This document shows, one piece after another, positions 25,175 to 32,000 of a DNA stretch of 32,000 bases. Made by a program: the position numbers and the translations under genes. The notes beneath the pieces are model-generated. The model was given only the letters and a program-made list of their open reading frames with translations, was not told the DNA's origin and made no database searches. Numbering within the stretch: position 1 is the stretch's first letter; each line of letters begins with the position of its first letter. Origin of the DNA: Promethearchaeota archaeon (GTDB taxonomy: Archaea > Asgardarchaeota > Hermodarchaeia > Hermodarchaeales > Hermodarchaeaceae); the NCBI GenBank assembly GCA_048938295.1, contig JBHLMI010000022.1:1-32000 (forward strand), read 5' to 3'.

Positions 25175-26686
25175 CTACAGTCTTCGAAGTCGTGGATTCA
25201 GTGCTTTATCCACTGCATACCCTATGAAGATAAAGCCCATGGAAAGCAAGGCAATACAGAGCCCAGGTGGGACAAAGAACCACCAAGCTGGAGGAATCTG
25301 TGTAAGGGCGGCTTGGTTATATGCTGCTTGTAACATACGACCCCAGGAGACAAGATTTTGCGGGGTGAGCCCGAGGAAGCTTAATCCGGCCTCTGCAAGG
25401 ATTGCACCTGATACTCCTGTGGCGAGTTGTACAAATACGATAGTGAGGACGTTCGGAAAGACATGACGGAAGACTAAATAGACATCGCCTGCTCCTGCAG
25501 CTTTCGCTGCTTCGACATAGGCTTTCTCCTTTTCCACGAGGACTTGAGAACGAATAATCCGAGCAGGACCTGGCCACGCAAATAGCGCTATTACAAACAC
25601 CGTGATTCCTAGACTCGGATTCAGTATCGCGGATAATATCATCATTACGGGAAGTGTTGGTATAATGATGAAGAAATCAGTCACCCGCATTGCCGCTTCA
25701 TCAACTGCACCACCAAAATATCCTGCCGCAAGACCTAAAATTAAGCCCACTGCGACGCCAATGAAAGTGGCAATAATTCCGATATATAGAGAAACCTGTG
25801 CACCCCAGAACAGCTGCGCCATCACATCCTGACCGACATCGCTCGTTCCAAGAGGACCCCAGAAGTGGCTATAGCCTTGTAGCTGAATATCATCAGACCA
25901 TAGTGATACAGTTCCAACTTGATCTTTTGATCCGGTTGGGGTGCGGAATTGCATCCAAACTCGAATCGTGACTTCCTCACCAGCTTGAAACGCGCGGTTC
26001 ATCACCTGGCTTGTGAGGATGTTAGTATAAAGCCGCCAAGTGGATGGATACAGAGGATGCACAGTGAAGGTGTATTGGGACGGAGAAATTACACTAGTAA
26101 ATAGTACATCATTTCGGATTTGGTAGTAGATTTGAACGGCATTTTCAGTTAAATTCCCAGTTATTTCCACTTGGGTTCTAAAGTACAAATATGCAAGTGC
26201 TGGCGGTATATGTTCCCAGTTAAATGTTATGTCGGCATAAACCGCTTCATCGTAGAACGTCTCATTATTGGAATTGTCAGTTAATTGTAATACGAGAGAG
26301 CGATTTCTTCCCGTAGTACTATGAGTGAAATTTGTGTAATCGTAGTAATATGAAGCCTGAGCAGATGAATCGTTTATAACCCAGCTATTATCAAAATCAA
26401 AAAAGGGGTCTGGATTAAAGTTTTGGTTAGGAGGATTTGCAATATTATTACCTAAATCAGCAGGAGAAGTCCAAGACATCCACTGCGGGGCCGCGAAATC
26501 TGGTCCTGACCTTACCAATACTCCAGGGTAAATTGGAAACAAGGTGGGAGCTAAAACAGCCATTAAAAAAAACCAGATTACAACTATCAGGCCAAAAAGC
26601 CCTTGCTTTACTTCTCTATATCGACTCCAAACGCCCTTAGCCCGTTCAAAAATCGATAACCGATGTTTGTATTGTTTTTCGCTCAT
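25175..26686 (-). CDS. oppC: Oligopeptide/dipeptide ABC permease (C-type) with a ~205-aa extracytoplasmic insertion
   Basis: PLGTSDVGQDV, GAQVSL, YVEAAKAAGA, HVFPN, LSFLGL and WWFFVPPG. GGTGA SD. Confidence 0.9.
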   Translation of the reverse strand: MSEKQYKHRLSIFERAKGVWSRYREVKQGLFGLIVVIWFFLMAVLAPTLFPIYPGVLVRSGPDFAAPQWMSWTSPADLGNNIANPPNQNFNPDPFFDFDNSWVINDSSAQASYYYDYTNFTHSTTGRNRSLVLQLTDNSNNETFYDEAVYADITFNWEHIPPALAYLYFRTQVEITGNLTENAVQIYYQIRNDVLFTSVISPSQYTFTVHPLYPSTWRLYTNILTSQVMNRAFQAGEEVTIRVWMQFRTPTGSKDQVGTVSLWSDDIQLQGYSHFWGPLGTSDVGQDVMAQLFWGAQVSLYIGIIATFIGVAVGLILGLAAGYFGGAVDEAAMRVTDFFIIIPTLPVMMILSAILNPSLGITVFVIALFAWPGPARIIRSQVLVEKEKAYVEAAKAAGAGDVYLVFRHVFPNVLTIVFVQLATGVSGAILAEAGLSFLGLTPQNLVSWGRMLQAAYNQAALTQIPPAWWFFVPPGLCIALLSMGFIFIGYAVDKALNPRLRRL

Positions 26687-26872
26687 AAGCTGATCACCCG
26701 GGAAGCCCCTGATGATGGGTACCGAAGATTTTTAATGACAATAATCAGAGTCCGAACCTGCTTAAAAGTTATATTAAGTTGACGGTATGTGCAGGAAAAC
26801 ACCAAATGCCTTTATCGATGGGTTAAAACGATTTGAGTTTATTCCAAAAACGAATGGAAAGATGATGTGGAT

Positions 26873-27376
26873 ATGATACGACGGACTCGCAGTATAATTT
26901 TCCTTGCAATCATCATCGGATTTAGTTTCATCCTTAGCATCTCTGTGCTCTATGAGGGCGATACGTATCGAGCTTTCAGCTTCAATATGCAAATCACAGA
27001 GATTCATGTAGTCAAGAACGAAACTAGTGGACGGTTCCACCGAGTTGAAGTATCAGTTAATATCGATAATCCATCACTTAACACGCGGCTTCGATTTATT
27101 CACGCAGATACGCGGATTTGGTTAAATAACACACCCCTTAGGTATGGTTGGGGGGTTAAGGGTTCCTCATTTTATCTTCAGCCTGGTGAAAATCGAACTT
27201 TTAGCTTCTATTATCCCACTCCAGAAGATGACTGGGAACTGCTCCAGTGGGCTGAAGATACAAATACATGGAATTGGTTGTTATATCAAGAACCATTTGT
27301 GAATGCTGGCTTCTTGGGAAGTATCGAGGTAATACGCATCAACACCTTTGAGGGTGTACAAATCATTCCTCCTTAA
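26873..27376 (+). CDS. Hypothetical membrane-anchored beta-rich protein (LEA-2/Ig-like)
   Basis: N-terminal TM followed by alternating beta strands with NIDNPS and LQPGENRTF patterns. Confidence 0.6.
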   Translation: MIRRTRSIIFLAIIIGFSFILSISVLYEGDTYRAFSFNMQITEIHVVKNETSGRFHRVEVSVNIDNPSLNTRLRFIHADTRIWLNNTPLRYGWGVKGSSFYLQPGENRTFSFYYPTPEDDWELLQWAEDTNTWNWLLYQEPFVNAGFLGSIEVIRINTFEGVQIIPP

Positions 27377-27395
27377 GATAGGAACCAAACGGTTT

Positions 27396-27638
27396 TCAGA
27401 AAGAAGTAACCCGATCCATACTAGGTTGGATGAGAAGCTTATCGGTTAGCCAAAGATAGAGCAGAATGATAAAAGAAAGTGCGATGAGGGCAATTCCAGC
27501 CCAGATAATGAATATTGCGAACGGACTTACAAAGGAAACCAAGACGCCAACTATGATTAAAATGATACCAATAACAATGAACCATTTTAACGTGGATCTT
27601 GTTTCAATCAGAGCACGAAACCCCATTTGCCCAGACAT
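27396..27638 (-). CDS. Small two-TM hypothetical protein
   Basis: Hydrophobic hairpin; GGTGA SD 10 nt before ATG 27638 (alternative start 27656). Confidence 0.55.
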   Translation of the reverse strand: MSGQMGFRALIETRSTLKWFIVIGIILIIVGVLVSFVSPFAIFIIWAGIALIALSFIILLYLWLTDKLLIQPSMDRVTSF

Positions 27639-27773
27639 TGTATTAGTCTCACCCATATTCTATCTTATTCGTGTTCTAATCCATAGAACATACCTAACAA
27701 ACTACCTCTTCAGTTAATTTTATTAGTCTTAGCATTTCAGATTCCACGATAGAATCCAACCGAAGTGGTAATA

Positions 27774-28796
27774 ATGGGATTACGTACTTACCTGGTAAAA
27801 AGAATCCTTATCGCAATTGTCCTGTTCATCGCGATCGTCATCTTCAACTTTTTCTTATTCCGTTTGCCCATCTTCATATTTGGCATCGATCCAGCAATAT
27901 TGTATATTCAACCAGGTATGGATATTCGAGCCATTGAACGGATACGAGCATTATACCAGCTTCCACCTGCAAATGCGACTTGGTATGATTGGTGGCTGCA
28001 TTTCCTTGCTTATGTTCGGAACATGTTTACGCTCCAATTTGGCCAAAGTTTCAGTTCAGGTAACCCCGTGGCTCAGGATATCATGGAGCGCTTACCCAAT
28101 ACCCTCCTCCTCATGGGCACTTCAACGATTCTAGCCGTAATCCTGGGTGTTGTCACCGGGATCATTGCCGCAAGCCGCCATGGTGGAGCACTCGACACTG
28201 GCCTCATTACAGTCAGTCTGACCCTTTACAGCGTGCCTGTCTTTTGGCTCGGAATGCTCTTTCTCCTACTCTTCTCTGTACTCCCTCAGCTTTACTTTGG
28301 ATTTCCAATCTTCCCATTAGGTCACACCACTAGCGCACCAGGCCAAGTACCAAATGACCCAATATCATATTCCCTTGATGTGGCCTGGCACCTTGTCTTA
28401 CCAGCATTGACTTTGACATTAGCATTCTTCGGCGGATACATGTTACTCATGCGGAACACGCTTGTCGATGTCTTAACAGAAGATTACATCACTACAGCCC
28501 GAGCAAAAGGGTTAGAAGAGCGGACCGTTTTATACAAGCATGGAGTTCGCAACGCCTTCCTGCCCCTAATCTCCCTCATTGCAATTAACTTCGCATTCAT
28601 TATCAGCGGTGCAATCCTCACCGAAACTGTATTCATATGGCTCGGAATGGGACGACTTCTATATGCGTCGTTAACTTCAAATGATTGGCCCGTTGCACAA
28701 GGGATATTCTTCATGATAGCCGCAACCGTCATTGCAGCGAATATCATCGCAGATATTCTGTATGGTGTTCTCGACCCCCGGATAAAATATGGGTAG
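27774..28796 (+). CDS. oppB: Oligopeptide/dipeptide ABC permease (B-type)
   Basis: FGQSF, RLPNTLLL, SVPVFWLG, EDYITTARAKGL, KHGVRNA, TETVF and LDPRIKY. Confidence 0.93.
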   Translation: MGLRTYLVKRILIAIVLFIAIVIFNFFLFRLPIFIFGIDPAILYIQPGMDIRAIERIRALYQLPPANATWYDWWLHFLAYVRNMFTLQFGQSFSSGNPVAQDIMERLPNTLLLMGTSTILAVILGVVTGIIAASRHGGALDTGLITVSLTLYSVPVFWLGMLFLLLFSVLPQLYFGFPIFPLGHTTSAPGQVPNDPISYSLDVAWHLVLPALTLTLAFFGGYMLLMRNTLVDVLTEDYITTARAKGLEERTVLYKHGVRNAFLPLISLIAINFAFIISGAILTETVFIWLGMGRLLYASLTSNDWPVAQGIFFMIAATVIAANIIADILYGVLDPRIKYG

Positions 28797-28831
28797 AAAC
28801 CTTACTCCAAAATACATTAGAGGTTCTTACA

Positions 28832-29251
28832 GTGTCCTATACAAAATACCGCATAGCATTCACAGCTTATGGTATAGCTGGTGCAGTAATCATCACAACG
28901 GCAATTCTTCATGCCACTTATACTAACCTTATTCCACCACTTACCCAGTACGCGATTTTGCTCCTCGTCATCCCAGCATTTTTCCTCGGATTATTATGCA
29001 TTGAATTCAAAGACGCAATCCTTGCGATGATAGCTACCATGCTTCTTTCAGTCTTTGCCACCGCCCTCAGCCGAGCTGCACCCGTTTTCCTGGGTATCGT
29101 CACCCAAGACGCAACTTTCTTCATCATCTCCCAGTTTGCGGTTTCTGTTCCACTTTTCTTTCCCTTGGTCATAACGTATTCCCTAGGAACTGTTGCAGGG
29201 CTTATCTTCAACGAATTCTTATTAGAACCCCGAACAAAGGATTTAATTTAG
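28832..29251 (+). CDS. Four-TM hypothetical membrane protein
   Basis: GTG 28832 with a GAGGT SD. The ORF-track extension to 28685 overlaps oppB and is not credible. Confidence 0.65.
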   Translation: MSYTKYRIAFTAYGIAGAVIITTAILHATYTNLIPPLTQYAILLLVIPAFFLGLLCIEFKDAILAMIATMLLSVFATALSRAAPVFLGIVTQDATFFIISQFAVSVPLFFPLVITYSLGTVAGLIFNEFLLEPRTKDLI

Positions 29252-29297
29252 TCACCACCATTCTACTTGACTATTCACATCATTTAGGGACGAAAAC

Positions 29298-29582
29298 ATG
29301 ACAGAGAAGCGTAAGGTTAAAGTCGTCTACCGGCGCTGGACGATTCTAGTTCCCATTCTGTTAATGGTCATTGGATCTATACTCTTGTTTGTTTTTTGGA
29401 TGAGTAATGCAGTTGTCGCCCTCTTGGGAGGTATGCTGATGCTTATTGGGGTTCTTGCACTTGGAATTCTGCTTGCGATGATAATATCCCTGGAGCTGGG
29501 TACACGAGCACTTCGAGCGCAACGCCCGGTTCCACCTCCATTAAGTGAAGATTTTGGGGAAGAGGATCAAGAAAATAGCTAG
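29298..29582 (+). CDS. Small two-TM hypothetical protein
   Basis: Basic N-terminus, two TM segments and an acidic C-terminal tail. Confidence 0.6.
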   Translation: MTEKRKVKVVYRRWTILVPILLMVIGSILLFVFWMSNAVVALLGGMLMLIGVLALGILLAMIISLELGTRALRAQRPVPPPLSEDFGEEDQENS

Positions 29583-29679
29583 AAAGACTGACTTCGTCGC
29601 GTAACTATTTACAGAATATGTCTATAAGCTGTCTGCCCTATTTGAATCGGAGCTTGGTATTGGTGTCAACGCCTCTACC

Positions 29680-29755
29680 AGAGTGTATATATATACCTCT
29701 TTATATTATGGACTCTGACCTTTAGCGGCAGTGCTAAACTGCAAGGCCGCAAGGG
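29680..29755 (+). promoter_or_regulatory. Palindromic TATA region and structured 5' leader of oppA
   Basis: AGAG-T-GTATATATATAC-CTCT at 29680-29700. Hairpin 29719-29755 with inner stem GCAGT/ACTGC and outer pairings GCG/CGC and CCTTT/AAGGG. Confidence 0.4.
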
Positions 29756-29770
29756 TAGTAAACGGAAGGA

Positions 29771-31720
29771 ATGAATTCCGAATTGTCAAAAATTAGAAAA
29801 ATCTCTTTAGTGACTGCTATCGCACTAGTGGGCCTCTTCCTATCTCTTGCGTACATCGCTCCCCAAAACGCTTCGGTCCGAGCTGATTGGACTTATCCAA
29901 GCGGTTACAATCCTCACGGTGGCTACGTTGATCGATTAACTTTCATCGTCTATCCATCGGAGGATATTGCAACAGCACTGCTTGCCCTTCAGTCTGGCGA
30001 AGTCTATTCTTATGACGAGCGAATCCCACACCAATCCGTCGCTGAGCTTGAGGCAAACCCAGCCATCACCGTCACCTCTATCGCAGGTGCTATCTATCGA
30101 CAGTTAACCATGCAATGTTCACGATTCCCCACCAACATTTCCGGGTATCGTGTTGCTCTATCCTATGCGTTGGATAAAACAGTAGTTGTTGCCAATGCCC
30201 GGGGTGGATTTGCCCAACCCATGGACAACCCCATTCCCCTCCCCTACACATTCTGGACCTATGAGGACCAGATGAGTGAGCACTTCTACACCGAAGACAT
30301 TACATCCGCGAACGCCACCCTCGATGCGTGGCATATTATCGATGACCCAACTTATGCCGCAGATCCCGCTGTCCCCGATACTGAGGCTGGCTGGCGATTC
30401 TTTGATGTCAACGAGAACGGCGTCTACGACGACGGTGTTGACAAGCGTGGTGACCTCGCTGCACCCGACGGAATGGCCATTGAACTATGGGCTTCCGCTG
30501 GTTATGACCCAGCTATCCAAGCTGTAACCGCCATGGTTGCCGGTATGGAGAAATGTGGTCTTCACGGTTCAGTTGTGGAAGTCGACTTTGATGCTCTTAT
30601 TGCAGGCCTTGGTACTGGTGAATACAGCCTGGGTTGTTTCAGCTGGAACATCAATCCTCCAGGTGAACCATTCCTGCTCTATGACTTCTTCAACACTGCT
30701 GGTGACAACAACGCCTTCTTCTACCGCTACAACAACACTGAATTCGATTACAACACCACAATGATGCTGGCAGCCCCCACCCGATTAGAGGCTCGGAACT
30801 GGGCGTGGAACGCTTGTGCGATACTCATGGAAGAAATGCCCATGATTGTCTGCTACAACGACGAATACACGCACGCCTACCGAACTGACATCTGGGAAGG
30901 CTATGTACCACAAGTCGGTATCAACGTGATGGGTGGTCAACCGTACACATACGAGCAGGTTCGTCTGACGGCCGCAGCTGGTGGTCCCTTTGGTTGCTAT
31001 CCAACCGATTACGTCACGGTGCTCTCAGAAGGTATGGACTTTACCAACACCATCTTGAGTTCATCGGGCTACACCCAGACCATCATGGGACTCATCTACG
31101 ACGCCCTATGGCGTGTCGATCCCTTGGATGAAGACTTAGGGATTGCACCCGACCTCGCATACGATTGGACCATCACCCCCACCGTTGCTGCGGGTGATAT
31201 TCAAGAAGGCTTGAAGTACACCTTCAGCCTATACGACAACATCACCTGGCACGATGGAACACCCTTCACCTCTGAAGACGTCCAATACAGCTTGATGAAC
31301 ATTCACCGATGGGGTACCTACACCGCCGTCAACCTACTCAGTGTGTACCGGGTTGATATTCCAGATGACTACACTGTGGAAATCTATTCCAACAACAGTG
31401 GTTACATGGAGTTTACCCGTGCGACCAGTGTCCAGATTCTGCCCAAGCACATCTGGCAACCATATGAATCCAGTAACTTTACCTGGAGTCCTGCGACTCC
31501 CCTTGACATGAGTGGTACTGGTTCGTACAAGTGGGTTACTCGTGTGACTGAACAATACATTATTCTGGACCGGAACGCGGCATGGCACTTTGCCGTCCCG
31601 CAACCAGCCAGAACTCCGTGTCCACCCCCACCGAATCCGCTGCTCTGGGTAGGCATTGCCGTTGTGGTGATTGTCATCATCATCATCGCTGGTGTCTATT
31701 TCTTCAGAATCAGAAAGTAG
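29771..31720 (+). CDS. oppA: ABC transporter substrate-binding protein, family 5, with N-terminal signal/TM and C-terminal TM anchor
   Basis: IYDALW, PDLAYDW, TWHDGTPFTSEDVQYS and GTGSYK; Pro-rich linker, C-terminal TM and basic tail. Strong bias toward C-ending codons suggests high expression. Confidence 0.9.
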   Translation: MNSELSKIRKISLVTAIALVGLFLSLAYIAPQNASVRADWTYPSGYNPHGGYVDRLTFIVYPSEDIATALLALQSGEVYSYDERIPHQSVAELEANPAITVTSIAGAIYRQLTMQCSRFPTNISGYRVALSYALDKTVVVANARGGFAQPMDNPIPLPYTFWTYEDQMSEHFYTEDITSANATLDAWHIIDDPTYAADPAVPDTEAGWRFFDVNENGVYDDGVDKRGDLAAPDGMAIELWASAGYDPAIQAVTAMVAGMEKCGLHGSVVEVDFDALIAGLGTGEYSLGCFSWNINPPGEPFLLYDFFNTAGDNNAFFYRYNNTEFDYNTTMMLAAPTRLEARNWAWNACAILMEEMPMIVCYNDEYTHAYRTDIWEGYVPQVGINVMGGQPYTYEQVRLTAAAGGPFGCYPTDYVTVLSEGMDFTNTILSSSGYTQTIMGLIYDALWRVDPLDEDLGIAPDLAYDWTITPTVAAGDIQEGLKYTFSLYDNITWHDGTPFTSEDVQYSLMNIHRWGTYTAVNLLSVYRVDIPDDYTVEIYSNNSGYMEFTRATSVQILPKHIWQPYESSNFTWSPATPLDMSGTGSYKWVTRVTEQYIILDRNAAWHFAVPQPARTPCPPPPNPLLWVGIAVVVIVIIIIAGVYFFRIRK

Positions 31721-31731
31721 CCTAAACATAT

Positions 31732-31767
31732 GTAGGGCTTCGGCCCTACCCCCTCTTTCTTTTTTTC
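31732..31767 (+). terminator. UUCG-tetraloop hairpin plus C-run/U-tract after oppA
   Basis: GTAGGGC-TTCG-GCCCTAC (perfect 7-bp stem) followed by CCCCTCTTTCTTTTTTT. Confidence 0.8.
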
Positions 31768-31778
31768 AGGTGAGTACA

Positions 31779-32000
31779 ATGAGAGTGCAGTTTGACAAGC
31801 ATCGGTTTCTGACCATAGCAGCCCAAGTCACCATTGCAGCTCTTTTCGGAGGGTCCCTTGCTTTCATTCTCCTCACAACGACCGATCTTGAGTATTTGTC
31901 ATTGACAGCTGTGTATCCTTTCCCAATGAATATTTACATGATTCTTATCTATGCAGCTATTGGTTTGGGGATCGTTTTTATTTTAAACTTGTTTTTCCGA
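31779..32000 (+). CDS. Partial membrane protein, truncated by the window end
   Basis: GGTGA SD at 31769-31773, ATG 31779, 74 open hydrophobic codons (MRVQFDKHRFLTIAAQVTIAALFGGSLAF...). Confidence 0.6.
   Translation, partial: MRVQFDKHRFLTIAAQVTIAALFGGSLAFILLTTTDLEYLSLTAVYPFPMNIYMILIYAAIGLGIVFILNLFFR

Noticed and set aside
26709-26756. Possible box C/D sRNA (TGATGA...CCGA...ATGACA...CCGA)
   Set aside because: The first guide is only 6 nt, the D boxes are CCGA rather than CTGA, C' is degenerate, and the region overlaps the oppC promoter on the other strand.
28685-28831. N-terminal extension of the 28685-29251 ORF; likewise the extensions at 537, 3861, 4906, 6866, 14928 and 16516
   Set aside because: These extensions overlap neighbouring genes or promoters, and downstream starts with clear SD sites or stop-start overlaps fit better.
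473-31729. Numerous antisense or alternate-frame ORFs in the track (e.g. 473-904, 5861-6190, 10985-11644, 15119-15532, 19427-19762, 22203-22616, 31334-31729)
   Set aside because: They lie wholly within well-supported genes, have no motifs or SD sites, and are typical shadows of hydrophobic coding sequence.
1-32000. rRNA, tRNA, CRISPR arrays, transposases or integrases
   Set aside because: Intergenic gaps are all under about 300 bp and show no cloverleaf, repeat-spacer array, terminal inverted repeats or recombinase motifs.

Overview
Archaeal window, probably from an Asgard archaeon. This is inferred from a small GTPase with all five RabF motifs, a longin/DENN-like protein, TATA/BRE promoters and GGAGG/GGTGA Shine-Dalgarno sites. 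Bases 298-13493 hold a headless complex I-like operon (no NuoEFG/FpoF): nuoA-B-[ArsR]-C-D-H-I-J-K-[M-like]-[M-like]-L-M-N. It encodes five antiporter-like subunits instead of three. The NuoL lateral helix carries a ~53-54 aa insertion made of two ~27 aa units, the length expected to span two extra subunits. An ArsR repressor gene sits inside the operon, and two ArsR-type palindromes lie next to the upstream promoters. Converging on the operon are a Methanosarcina-type hdrE-hdrD pair, a DoxX/DoxD membrane protein, a Cys-rich wHTH/V4R-like regulator and a decayed fixC-like pseudogene. The right half holds a DUF202-like protein, a nucleotide pyrophosphatase/phosphodiesterase, a longin-like/Zn-ribbon protein facing the Rab-like GTPase, a stand-alone TrpB2, and a split Opp/Dpp ABC transporter interleaved with small membrane proteins. 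No rRNA, tRNA, CRISPR array or transposase was seen. All family assignments come from motifs read by eye and reference sequences recalled from memory; no database search was run.
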